DNA of 64,000 nt from an uncultured Acidobacteriota bacterium. GTDB lineage: Bacteria > Acidobacteriota > Thermoanaerobaculia > Multivoradales > UBA5704. Location: positions 1,440,001 through 1,504,000 of the forward strand of contig CAVYRF010000001.1 of NCBI GenBank assembly GCA_963770895.1, written 5' to 3'. Below, one piece after another: positions 19,905 to 30,154 of the stretch. The position numbers and the translations under genes are program-made. Within the stretch, counting starts at the first letter, position 1. Every line of letters starts with the position of its first letter. Under the pieces are notes generated by a model. The model saw only the letters and a list, made by a program, of their open reading frames with translations, searched no databases and had not been told where the DNA came from.

Positions 19905-20160
19905 AAGCGCGGCGCGGGGTGCCTGGGGGAGGAACTTCCAGGTGCGCCGCGATGCGCGGTGTGCGATGGCGCAGGCAGCCGGTGGCGTCGGTGTAGAAGA
20001 CCTGGCGGAGCGTCGCGCGGACCCGTAGCTGCCGGTCGGGCTCGACGCGGGCGAGAGCGGTGGCGAGGTCACCGGCGGCGATGATGCGGTAGGTCTTGAC
20101 GATGTGGCCATCGCCGCTGGCCGGCCATTGGGCTTCGAGGTCGAAGGTGGCGCAGGCGAG
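19905..20160 (-). repeat. Fragment of the SLOG-module 3' part
   Basis: Matches ~37360..37600. Confidence 0.7.
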
Positions 20161-20294
20161 CAGTGTATTTAAGGTCAGGAGAATGCCGCGCTCGATTTTT
20201 CTCGCTTCACACCGCGGAGCTCGCCGCCGCCTACTTCATGTACGCCTCGGGCTCGACCGGTCGGGTGCACCGGTGGTTGCAACCCGAACAGATT

Positions 20295-22436
20295 GTCGCA
20301 ATCCCACCGCACGCATCAGGTCTTCTCCGACACCATGCCGGACGAGCGCTAGCGCCAGATTCGCGATCATCGTTAGTCGCAATCCCACCGCACGCTTCAG
20401 GTCTTCTCCGACGCAGAAGAGATCATCAAGCTCTACAAACTGCAAGCCACTTTGTCGCAATCCCACCGCACGCTTCAGGTCTTCTCCGACAGGAGTGATC
20501 GCGTTCCTGCTGTGGGGGGCATCAGAAAGTCGCAATCCCACCGCACGCTTCAGGTCTTCTCCGACTACAAGGAGTACGTCCGTGACGTCACGAGCGTCGC
20601 TCGTCGCAATCCCACCGCACGCTTCAGGTCTTCTCCGACCTCGACATGACCACCACCGAACAGATCAAGCTTCAGAAGTCGCAATCCCACCGCACGCTTC
20701 AGGTCTTCTCCGACTTCATCGTGGACTCGAACTGGGGCGTCAATCGGATGGGTCGCAATCCCACCGCACGCTTCAGGTCTTCTCCGACGCCGACTACGAC
20801 CACAAGACGGCGCTCGCAGCTTTCGTCGCAATCCCACCGCACGCTTCAGGTCTTCTCCGACGGGCCTATCGTTGAGATCAATCGACTGGATGGCGAAGTC
20901 GCAATCCCACCGCACGCTTCAGGTCTTCTCCGACCGTCCACTCGGACCGGCTCAACGGCAAGAGCGACAACGTGTCGCAATCCCACCGCACGCTTCAGGT
21001 CTTCTCCGACGCATCCGCTTCTACTACGATGGCGACCGCAGCACCTGGTAGTCGCAATCCCACCGCACGCTTCAGGTCTTCTCCGACTCGTCTGCGAGCT
21101 GAGCGACGAAGAGCTTGAGCTGAGTCGCAATCCCACCGCACGCTTCAGGTCTTCTCCGACTCGGACCCGCGAAGGCATCGATGTCAGCGGCCTTAAGTCG
21201 CAATCCCACCGCACGCTTCAGGTCTTCTCCGACAATGGCTGCGCGGCGCAGGTCCGATCCCTGCAAAAAGACGGTCGCAATCCCACCGCACGCTTCAGGT
21301 CTTCTCCGACTCGTACACGAATGTCTCAACCGATTCACTACTGGCGGAGTCGCAATCCCACCGCACGCTTCAGGTCTTCTCCGACGCTGATGGTCATGTT
21401 GTGTCTGGGCTTCACGGCAAACGGTCGCAATCCCACCGCACGCTTCAGGTCTTCTCCGACGCAGGTCCTCGGCGCCTCTCACAACACGAACGTCCAGAAG
21501 TCGCAATCCCACCGCACGCTTCAGGTCTTCTCCGACCCGTTTGGGAGAGGTTCAGCCGGCGGTCAGGACGCCTGGTCGCAATCCCACCGCACGCTTCAGG
21601 TCTTCTCCGACAGCCACCATGAGATGTATTAATACCCCTTTACATTGGACATGGTCGCAATCCCACCGCACGCTTCAGGTCTTCTCCGACGCGAATCCGA
21701 TTAGTCCAGAAATAGGTCTCGATACTCGTCGCAATCCCACCGCACGCTTCAGGTCTTCTCCGACAAGCGGTACCCGCGGTCGCTCACCCAGGTCAAGAAG
21801 GACGTCGCAATCCCACCGCACGCTTCAGGTCTTCTCCGACGTCGAGGTCCAGTTTCCAGGCCTGCTCGGCACGCACGTGTCGCAATCCCACCGCACGCTT
21901 CAGGTCTTCTCCGACGTACAGCGAGTGGATAGCTCGGAAGGTTCTGGATCAGGTCGCAATCCCACCGCACGCTTCAGGTCTTCTCCGACTCGGACCGACA
22001 AATCCCCTCTATCCGATCTTCTGGTACCGTCGCAATCCCACCGCACGCTTCAGGTCTTCTCCGACGTCGAATGCGACTATGACGCGATGCGCCAGACCGC
22101 AGTCGCAATCCCACCGCACGCTTCAGGTCTTCTCCGACCATTCACGCCGCCGAGCAGCGCTTCTGGGTGGCAGTCGTCGCAATCCCACCGCACGCTTCAG
22201 GTCTTCTCCGACGGAGTTTGACGGCCTTCAGTGTGCATGCCAGATGCTTGTCGTCGCAATCCCACCGCACGCTTCAGGTCTTCTCCGACTTTGGTCGAAT
22301 TCGTAGTCCATGCCGGTGTTGTTGAGTCGCAATCCCACCGCACGCTTCAGGTCTTCTCCGACTAGAAAGGAAAGGGAGGACACACGACATGGACTTAAAG
22401 TCGCAATCCCACCGCACGCTTCAGGTCTTCTCCGAC
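20295..22436 (-). CRISPR. CRISPR array 3: 29 repeats, 28 spacers
   Basis: Plus-strand repeat GTCGCAATCCCACCGCACGCTTCAGGTCTTCTCCGAC; leftmost repeat has the array-1 sequence. Confidence 0.99.
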
Positions 22437-22655
22437 TGCTGGATTTTTAACCTCCTTTCCATCAATGAGTTAAGGGCCATCCCGCCGTTACCTGGCAAAT
22501 GGCGCCCCCGCAACTCTCCGGTCGGGCGCGGTTTCAACTCCGCCTTGGAGGCGGAATTCTCTGAAACGACGCGGCTTGCAGCCGCGGCCGTTACCTGGGT
22601 GCCGATTTGGCGCAAACGGGTTGGCACGATTGATGCCATTCCATAAGCGTCATGA
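22437..22655 (-). promoter_or_regulatory. CRISPR leader 3
   Basis: Close homolog of leader 1. Confidence 0.85.
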
Positions 22656-22835
22656 TCAGACGACATAAACCTCCGGGTCTTCGGTTACCACGCCGGTCCC
22701 CAGGATCATGATCTTCGGAGCGCATTCCTGACAAATGCGATAGAGAGCTGCACGCGCGCCGAAGTCATTCAGCAGGTTGGACACCTTGGTGCGCCGGCGG
22801 TTGTCGACCACATCATACGAAATCAAGGTCAGCAT
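22656..22835 (-). pseudogene. cas2: cas2 pseudogene with ~96-bp internal deletion
   Basis: Both ends match 5881..6156; middle missing. Confidence 0.9.
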
Positions 22836-23175
22836 GGGTACCGGAACCCCGCGTACGGCTCGCCATCGAGGAGGTGCCGAGCGAGCCGCTCCGCCTGGCG
22901 GCGGAAGATCTGGTGGAAGCAGAGCGCTTGCCGCCGAACGCCATCGGAGTCGTCAGCTCCTTCTCGTAGGCTATAAAGTTACGCTTGAGCGCCGGCGGCG
23001 TCAGGAAGACGCCGCGCTCGGCCGTGCCCGTGAAGTCCGCCGGTGCTGGCACGCCGAGGTTCAGAAGGCTCGTGGTCCAGCGGTCGACGAGCGGCGCGCG
23101 CAGCTCCTCGGGCGGGTCGAGCGCCAGGGAGGGGCGGCCGTAGGCCAGCTGATGATCCCCAGGTACGGGTCGAGG
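22829..23175 (-). pseudogene. cas1: cas1 3' fragment
   Basis: YGRPSLALD...ADFTGTAERGVFLTPPALKR matches intact cas1, with indels. Confidence 0.9.
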
Positions 23176-23383
23176 CTCCGGGGACTGTCTGCCTTGCCGC
23201 GCCCCGGATAGACGGTGCGTTACTGAGTAGGTCGCCAAGCTCGCTTCTTACTTGCGCCTGCGGATACGCTTCCGTCCGTCGACTTCCCGACTTCCGCGCT
23301 GCCTTATCAGCTCTCTTCGCATTGAAGCCGACAGAGGGCCTACCAAAGCACGATCTGATCTCAGATTTCCCGCATCCGGTTAA

Positions 23384-24886
23384 CTCTACTTTGTCAGATT
23401 TCGGAAGCGCTTGATTCCAAGGCGGTTAGCTCTTAGAATTGGGCTGGAAAGTATGATTTCTCGCCGAGACCAGATGCTTCCCCCCCTCAAAGGACCATAG
23501 TCGGAAGGAGAGACGCTATGCCCCAGCTCCCCTGCAAGAGCTGGGAGCGCGATTCCTGGCCTTTCAGCGGGGATTTGCGCTTCTTTTCCGCCTGCGGACC
23601 CGAGACGTGAACTTGCAAGCACGGGCGTATCTGAGCGGTTTGTTGCAGGCCGCAAAGCGCAACGTCCAGCGGATGGCAGAGGTGGTGCCCGGCACCGAGG
23701 CTCAGGCACTGCACCACTTTCTCGCTCATTCGCCCTGGGATGCGCGAGCCGTCATGGATCAAGTGGCGAAAGAGGTCGGCGGGCTGTTGGGCGGAGATCA
23801 GGACACCTGCCTGCTGCTCGACGAGACCTGCTTTGCGAAGAAAGGCGTTCGGTCGGTGGGCGTAGCTCGGCAGTGGTTCGGCTTGCAGGGCAAGACGGAT
23901 AACTGCCAGGTGGCGGTCTTCGCCGCCTTGGCGCGAGGCAAGCGGGTCAGCCTGATCGATGCGGAGCTGTACCTGCCGCGGGAGTGGGTCGAGGATCCAA
24001 TGCGATGTGCCGCGGCGGGTGTGCCGGTTGAGCGCCGCGTGATGAAGACGAAGCCAGCGTTGGCTCTGGATCTGGTTCGACGAGCACGACGCAACGGAGT
24101 GCACTTCGCCTGGGTGGCGGCGGATGGGACGTATGGTCAGGATCGCGCTCTGCTGCGCGCCCTCGACGACGCCGATGAGACGTTTGTCATCGATGTTCAC
24201 CGGGACCAACGGGTCTTTCTTGACAACCCGCGTCGGGCCAAACGACGTCGGGCGACACCGGAGTCTCGCGCTGAAGACTTGCGTGTGGACGAATGGGTTG
24301 CTCGCCAACCGGCCGCAGCATGGCAAGAAGTATGGGTCCGGCGCGGGACCCAAGGGGAGCTTCGTGTGCAAGCCCTGCGTTGCCGCGTCTGGGTGCGCGA
24401 AGCCACAGAGACCCAAGCCCGCTGTTGGCAGTTGATCGTGACGCGCGAGATCGGTGCGCCCGACACCACCAAGTACAGCTTCAGCAATGCCGCCGAGCAG
24501 ACCTCTTTGCAACGGTTGGCTTATATGCAGCGGCAGCGCTACTGGGTCGAACGTGCCTTCCAGGAAGCCAAGAACGAGGCCGGCATGGACGAATACCAGG
24601 CGCGAAGCTGGCAAGCTTGGTATCACCACATGGCCCTCGTCATGATGGCGCTGCTTTTCATTCTGAAAGAAAAGCAGTTGCAGAGCGAGGCTCTTCCTCT
24701 CCTGAGTGCTGCCGACGTGAAACATCTGCTCGTTCGGCTCTTACCCCGGCGGGACCTCGACATCGAGGAGTCGATCCGTCAGGTGCAGAGCCGGCACCGC
24801 CAACGTCAAGCCGCTATCGACTCTGCTTCTCGCCGACAGCAAGAATCCAGGGCCTCTACCTCGTCGACGAATCTGACAAAGTAGAG
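23384..24886 (+). mobile_element. IS701-family insertion sequence
   Basis: Terminal IR CTCTACTTTGTCAGATT / AATCTGACAAAGTAGAG, flanked by TTAA at 23380-23383 and 24887-24890. Confidence 0.92.
23607..24884 (+). CDS. IS701-family transposase (start uncertain)
   Basis: DETCFAKKG..SVGVARQ..GKTDNCQ, ADGTYG, RYWVERAFQEAK. Confidence 0.93.
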   Translation: MNLQARAYLSGLLQAAKRNVQRMAEVVPGTEAQALHHFLAHSPWDARAVMDQVAKEVGGLLGGDQDTCLLLDETCFAKKGVRSVGVARQWFGLQGKTDNCQVAVFAALARGKRVSLIDAELYLPREWVEDPMRCAAAGVPVERRVMKTKPALALDLVRRARRNGVHFAWVAADGTYGQDRALLRALDDADETFVIDVHRDQRVFLDNPRRAKRRRATPESRAEDLRVDEWVARQPAAAWQEVWVRRGTQGELRVQALRCRVWVREATETQARCWQLIVTREIGAPDTTKYSFSNAAEQTSLQRLAYMQRQRYWVERAFQEAKNEAGMDEYQARSWQAWYHHMALVMMALLFILKEKQLQSEALPLLSAADVKHLLVRLLPRRDLDIEESIRQVQSRHRQRQAAIDSASRRQQESRASTSSTNLTK

Positions 24887-24929
24887 TTAATGCTCGAAAG
24901 AGGACTTCCTCGGCTGCTTTGTGGCCGCT

Positions 24930-26687
24930 TCAATGTGGCGGACCGTGCGATGCCGGACCGGCCGCACTCGGGGCCTTGGCTTGCTCTTGAAGGTACCGCA
25001 GCGGGTGGAAGAGCAGCTTCTGGTAGCCGGTGGCAGACGGATCGCGCATCGCCGCAAGCTGCGCCTGGAGATTTCTTCCCCAATGGATGCGGTCCAGGCT
25101 TTTCGTGCGGACCGCTTCGCCTGCGGCGAGGAACCAGGCGATGCGTGGGGCCGAAAAGCTGGTGCCGTAGACATCGTCGGTCACGGTGCCGTCGAAGCCC
25201 GCGGCCAAGGCCAGATCGATGTCCCCTGCCTCGACAAGGGTGGAGTCCGGAGCGACGCCGGCAGGGGTCATGTTGATGACGGCCATGGTGTCCGTGGAGT
25301 TCTCGGATCGCTGAGCAAAATCGAGGAGATGGGTCGTCCCGTCGTTGCCCGCGGCGGCGGTCACCACCCCATAGAGTGGACTGTCATACAACACTCTGTA
25401 CTTTCCGTCGTGCCGCACCGTCCAGGATTCGCTGGCCAGAAAAACCGTGGAAGCCTCTTCGGCATAGGCCTGGCCGATGAGCAGCACGGCGTCCATCACC
25501 GAGTTGTCGGTCTCGACTTCGTCTCCCGTCCAGCGCACGGGGAAGTGCTTTGCGACGAGCGCGGTGGCATAGCTGCGGGCGGCGCCGATGATCTGCGTGT
25601 TCAGGGCGACTCCTCGGGCGGCCCTCAATTGCAGCAGGTCGCTGGTCTGCAATAGGTCGGTCAGGATAGTACTCCCTCCCTGTTCGCGGGTCATCGGGAC
25701 ATAGATGACCCTGACCCGCCGGGGGCCTCCCTGGTCCAGCGCCCGCAGCTCACGCAGCGCCCGTTCAATGCACCGGCAATGATCGTGGCTGGCGGGGAGC
25801 CACGTTTTTTGAGCAGCGGGCTTCTGGAACGGCCGGCCGAAGTTTTCTTGCCAGACCTTGTCGAGAACCTCGTACAGTGTGTCACGGGACTCGCGATAGG
25901 CCTCCGGCGAAGGCCATCCCGTGTCGAGCACGAAGACCACCGGGGCGCGTTGGCCGTGTTCCATGAGCAGGCGCGAGATCTGCTCCTTGTCGCCGGCGGC
26001 AAGGGTGAGGTGATCGCGTTCCGGGGGCTCGGTATCGCATTTGCTCACGTCGGCTAGTTTCACCGGCATGGACTGGGTGAACTCCTTCACGGTCCCGGGG
26101 TCGAAGGCATCTGACGAGGCCAGGTGGTCGGCGACGGCCGCCGGCAGCTCGAACGCCAGCACCTCGAAGGGGCGGCGGTAGACGCGCTCCTCGATGGCGT
26201 CCCGCACCGCCTCGGGATCGCCGAACGCTTTGTCGGTGAGGGAGATCTTCTCGAAATGCCGTACCGATAGGCGCTCGTGGCGGCTCAGATCGTCGACCAG
26301 CTTGTCGGCTTCTGCCGCCGAGTCCGGGGAGTGCACGAGCCAGATGCGGCGGAGCGTCGCGGCGTGGTATTCGATCGCTTTGCGCGCGGTGGCGGCGCCG
26401 TCGCCGGAGCTCACGAGCGCGACCAGACCCTGGCATTCGCCGGCCCGGTGCTGGCGCGCCGTCGGCACCGGGCTCAGCGGCAGGAATCTGCGCACGATCG
26501 GCGGGGCGAGAAGCGTCAGGATCGCGAGCGGCACGACGAGAGCCAGGAGCCAGCGCGCCGCGGCGTTGTGCTGCAGCCAGTTGGAGTTGATGTTGGCGCT
26601 CAGGCTGAGCAAGTAGCCGACGATATAAAAGAGCAATGGGATTCGTTCCGCGGTGATCAACCCGGCGCGCAGGTCGGAAAGTTTCAT
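24930..26687 (-). CDS. Fusion: 2TM + partial CARF + S8/subtilase-like peptidase domain
   Basis: First ~171 aa identical to 10585..11325; then VFVLDTG, H.., AAAGNDG, GTSFSAP subtilase motifs in one frame. Confidence 0.75.
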   Translation of the reverse strand: MKLSDLRAGLITAERIPLLFYIVGYLLSLSANINSNWLQHNAAARWLLALVVPLAILTLLAPPIVRRFLPLSPVPTARQHRAGECQGLVALVSSGDGAATARKAIEYHAATLRRIWLVHSPDSAAEADKLVDDLSRHERLSVRHFEKISLTDKAFGDPEAVRDAIEERVYRRPFEVLAFELPAAVADHLASSDAFDPGTVKEFTQSMPVKLADVSKCDTEPPERDHLTLAAGDKEQISRLLMEHGQRAPVVFVLDTGWPSPEAYRESRDTLYEVLDKVWQENFGRPFQKPAAQKTWLPASHDHCRCIERALRELRALDQGGPRRVRVIYVPMTREQGGSTILTDLLQTSDLLQLRAARGVALNTQIIGAARSYATALVAKHFPVRWTGDEVETDNSVMDAVLLIGQAYAEEASTVFLASESWTVRHDGKYRVLYDSPLYGVVTAAAGNDGTTHLLDFAQRSENSTDTMAVINMTPAGVAPDSTLVEAGDIDLALAAGFDGTVTDDVYGTSFSAPRIAWFLAAGEAVRTKSLDRIHWGRNLQAQLAAMRDPSATGYQKLLFHPLRYLQEQAKAPSAAGPASHGPPH

Positions 26688-26861
26688 GGGTGTGGCCTCG
26701 GCATGGGTCGCGATATTGCAATATGCGGAAGTGCAAGCATCGCTGCATCGCTGCATCGCGCGGTGCGCTCAACATGATCTTTGCGGACGTGTCGCTTTCA
26801 AACGTTTGGTCTGGGGTCATCTTATAGTAGCCTACAGAGCAAGCAACTTCGGAAGTCGCTC

Positions 26862-28418
26862 ATGGAAGACCTGGAAGCACAGCTGCTCGCCGGCCTGGCC
26901 AGGGCCCTGCGCGTCGCGCCCGGCGACGGTCTGCGAAGCTACATCGCGACCGGTCGCGGCAGCCAGTCGGGGCGCGCCAAGCTGCTGGCCTGGGATGCCA
27001 ACAGCATCCACGCCTTTGTCTTCGACACCACGAACCCCACCGGGATCCGCGGCGCAAGCGACATTCTGCGGTCGATCGACGACGAGGTGCGCCGGGGCCG
27101 GGCTCTGGGCCTTGACGCCGGGCAGGTGCTCTTCGCCGGCGGCGGCAGCGGTCTCGCGATCGTCGCCCACGCCGAGGTCGAGTCCGCCGCGAGGCACCTC
27201 CATACGCTCTTTGCCACGCGCACCCGCATCGCCACCTGCACCGTGGCGAGCGTGGATCTGATCGCTGAGGCGGGCTTCGACGAGTGCGTCCGCCAGGCCG
27301 GCCGAGCGCTGGCGCGGGAGCGGGTGCTGACCGGCCCCGACGCCGAGCCGGCCGTGCCCTTTTTCGTGCAGCGCTGCCGGGTGTGTGGACGCCGCGCCGC
27401 CGCACGTTCCGAGCGGCGCCTGTCGTCGCCCGGTGAGCCGCGTGCGGAATGCGAGCCGTGCTACCTGCGCATCGAGCGGGGCAAGCAGAACGTCCACTAC
27501 CAGGGCGAGCCCACGGATTTCCAGGCCATCGCCGACGGCGACGGCTGGTACGCGGTCCTATACCTCGACGGCAACGGCATCGGCAAGGCGTTGACGCGGC
27601 TGCCGAGCCCGTTGCGCTATGCCTGTTTCTCGCGCGCGATCGCGAGCGTCTTCGCGGACAGCTTTCATCACACCGCCGCCAGCTACGGTCTGGACGAGGA
27701 TGGTGGCTCCGGAAGAGGCGGTTTTCAGCTGCCGATCTGCGGCGGCGACGACGTGGTGGCGGTGCTGCCCGGCGATGCCGCGGTACCGTTCGCCCGCGAC
27801 CTGCTGGCGGGCGTCGAGGCCGCTGCCGACGCGCATCCCGATCTTGCCGGCCAGGCGATCGGTGCCGCGGCGGGCGTCGCCCTGGCGCACCTGGGCTTCC
27901 CCTTGCGCCACCTGCTTGCCGAGGCCCACGGCCTGCTGGCCGAGGCCAAGCGCCGCCGGTACGACGACGAAAGCCGCAGCTCCCTGAGCTTCAGCGTGGT
28001 CACCGACGGCTCGCCGCGCAGCGAGACGCGGGAGCCCGAGCGCTGGGCGCGCCAGGCGGGGGAGCTGCTGCTGTCGGGGCGCCCCTACGGCCTCGACGAG
28101 TTCGCCAAGTTCAGCCGCCGGCTGCGCCAGATCCGCGATTCCGGTCTCGCCCGCACGCAGCTCCACGCCCTGCACGCCCACGCCGCGCGCGGTCCGGCGC
28201 AGTTCAGAAACCACGTGCTGTATCAGATCGGCCGCCGGAAGGAATGGCGCACGCTGACCGGTACGCTCGGCGGCGGCGCGGCCGTGGTGCGCGATCCAGG
28301 CGTGTGCCTCGACCAGTTCTTGCCGACCTACGGCGGGCGGCAGGTCTTCGACGTCGCCGACATGCTCGAGCTGACCCCTCATTGGCGGGAGCCCGCCGCC
28401 GCGATCGCCCCGCAATGA
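26862..28418 (+). CDS. cas10: Cas10 large subunit, HD-less, GGDD intact
   Basis: IHAFVF..IRGAS, FAGGGSG, CRVC/CEPC, YLDGNGIG, CGGDDV. Confidence 0.93.
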   Translation: MEDLEAQLLAGLARALRVAPGDGLRSYIATGRGSQSGRAKLLAWDANSIHAFVFDTTNPTGIRGASDILRSIDDEVRRGRALGLDAGQVLFAGGGSGLAIVAHAEVESAARHLHTLFATRTRIATCTVASVDLIAEAGFDECVRQAGRALARERVLTGPDAEPAVPFFVQRCRVCGRRAAARSERRLSSPGEPRAECEPCYLRIERGKQNVHYQGEPTDFQAIADGDGWYAVLYLDGNGIGKALTRLPSPLRYACFSRAIASVFADSFHHTAASYGLDEDGGSGRGGFQLPICGGDDVVAVLPGDAAVPFARDLLAGVEAAADAHPDLAGQAIGAAAGVALAHLGFPLRHLLAEAHGLLAEAKRRRYDDESRSSLSFSVVTDGSPRSETREPERWARQAGELLLSGRPYGLDEFAKFSRRLRQIRDSGLARTQLHALHAHAARGPAQFRNHVLYQIGRRKEWRTLTGTLGGGAAVVRDPGVCLDQFLPTYGGRQVFDVADMLELTPHWREPAAAIAPQ

Positions 28419-30154
28419 GACGCTTCCCGATCGTCGTCGAGCCCTTCGGGTCGCTGTTCGTCGGCGGCTATGCCGGCGCCTCGGACGGGGCCGACGCCGA
28501 TACCGCCGCCGATCCGCTCGGGCTTCTGCTTCCCGGCAGCGCTGTCAAGGGAGCGCTGCGCGAATCCGCCGTGCGGCTGGTCAATGCGCTCGGTCGCGGC
28601 GACGAGCTGCGGCGCCGCCTGTTCGGCGAGGTGGACGGGCCGGGGCTTCTGCGCTGCGGCGTGCTCCGCCCGCATCTGCCGGGCGCCGGCGCGGCTGTCG
28701 ACCTCCCCGGCTCGGTGCGCAACCACGTGAGCCTCGAGCGGGCGACGCGGCAGGCTGCGGCACAGCGTCTCTTCCAGCACCGGGTGACGCCGGCGCTGCC
28801 GGCGTTGCGTTTCGAGGGGCTGCTCGAAGCGAGCGAGGAGCTGAGCGAGGACGAGCTGGGGCTGCTGCGTTGCGCGGCGCGGATCACCGACCAGGTCGGC
28901 GGCGGCAGGGGACGGGGCCTCGGCCTGGTGACGGTCACCTTGGGCGATCCCGTGCCCGCGGACGGGGGGGCGCCGGTGCCTGCCGAGGAGGCCGGCGGGG
29001 CCGAAGCGGCCGCTACGGCGAGCAAGCCGCTCCTGCGGAGCACGTCCGGCGAAGGCGGCGCCGCGGCGGCGATCGTTCTCTGCCTGGAAGCGCACGAGCC
29101 GCTGCACCTTGCCGGGGTGAAGGATCTGACCAACCACGCGCCGAGCCGCGACTTCATCGAGGGCAGCGCGCTGCGCGGCGCGGTGGCGGCGGCTCTGGCC
29201 GGCGAGGTCGCCGCGGCGGAGCTGGAGGATCTGTTGGGCCCCATCTCGCCCGCGGTCTTCGGCGACGCGCGGCCCGGCGACGCCGGCGCCGTGCCTGCGC
29301 CTTTGTCGCTGCGGGTGCCGAAGGGCAGCGGGCGGCCGGTCGACGAGGCGGCCCGGCTGTGCGCCGCATCGTGCGGTGGCCGCGGCGGCGCGCTTCTCGA
29401 GGACACCCGCGCGGCAGGTGGCACCTGGGTCCGGGGAGCGGAGGGTTGGTCGGCGATCGCGCTGCCGCGGCGCATCGTCATCCGCACGGCCCGCGATGCG
29501 GCGAGCGGCCGCAGTGCCGAGGGGAAGCTCTTCTCGCTCGAGGTGCTGGACCCGGCGGCCGTCCCCGCCGAACGCGCTGCCGGCACCGGCGCCGCGGCCG
29601 TCGGCAGGCTCCGTTTCTACGCTGCGGTCGCAGGCAGTCGCCAGCAGCTCGCCCTGGTCGTGGCGGCCGCCCGCAGCGGCCTGGTCGTCGGGGGAGAGCG
29701 CAGCTACGGCTGCGGGCGGCTGCATCTGGTCGGCGCCAGCAGCGAGCCGCCGCTCCTGCCGTGCGCGGTACGCCACGCCGCCTGGGTGCAGGTCGTCGGC
29801 CGCCTCGGGGTCCCGGCGCCCGAATCGACCGGCGTGCTGCTCGCTCTCGGGCCGCTTGCCGTCACCCAGGAGCGGCTGCTTGCGGCGCTCCGTGCCGCCG
29901 GGCTCGAGCTGCGGCAGGGCGTCTCGCGGCGGCAGATGCACGGCGGCTGGAATGCCCGCCTGCGGCTGCCGCGCACGCTGGCGGGCGCCTTCGTGCCGGG
30001 TTCGACGTTCGTCGTGGCGCGGCCGGATGGGCGGTCGGCCCTCGACGCGCTGGCCGAAATCGAGATGAGGGGAATCGGTCCCGGCCGGGCAGATGGCTGG
30101 GGCCGCGTCGCCGTCTGCCACCCGATCCACGTCGACTGCCATCAGGAGGAATGA
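28415..30154 (+). CDS. csx10: Cas7-Cas5 (RAMP-Csx10) fusion
   Basis: LPGSAVKGALR..GGGRGRGLG, Ala-rich linker, IEGSALRG, GGERSYGCG, PGSTF, DGWG. Confidence 0.85.
   Translation: MRRFPIVVEPFGSLFVGGYAGASDGADADTAADPLGLLLPGSAVKGALRESAVRLVNALGRGDELRRRLFGEVDGPGLLRCGVLRPHLPGAGAAVDLPGSVRNHVSLERATRQAAAQRLFQHRVTPALPALRFEGLLEASEELSEDELGLLRCAARITDQVGGGRGRGLGLVTVTLGDPVPADGGAPVPAEEAGGAEAAATASKPLLRSTSGEGGAAAAIVLCLEAHEPLHLAGVKDLTNHAPSRDFIEGSALRGAVAAALAGEVAAAELEDLLGPISPAVFGDARPGDAGAVPAPLSLRVPKGSGRPVDEAARLCAASCGGRGGALLEDTRAAGGTWVRGAEGWSAIALPRRIVIRTARDAASGRSAEGKLFSLEVLDPAAVPAERAAGTGAAAVGRLRFYAAVAGSRQQLALVVAAARSGLVVGGERSYGCGRLHLVGASSEPPLLPCAVRHAAWVQVVGRLGVPAPESTGVLLALGPLAVTQERLLAALRAAGLELRQGVSRRQMHGGWNARLRLPRTLAGAFVPGSTFVVARPDGRSALDALAEIEMRGIGPGRADGWGRVAVCHPIHVDCHQEE

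Noticed and set aside
4400-22399. Self-targeting spacers within the window
   Set aside because: None spotted by eye; not exhaustive and needs an alignment.
22421-22666. Similar ORFs within leaders 2 and 3
   Set aside because: The leader-1 equivalent has an in-frame TGA and the ORFs end inside a repeat; similarity reflects leader homology.
27558-30142. Long antisense and alternate-frame ORFs over cas genes
   Set aside because: Shadow ORFs expected at high GC; the motif-bearing frames form coupled operons.
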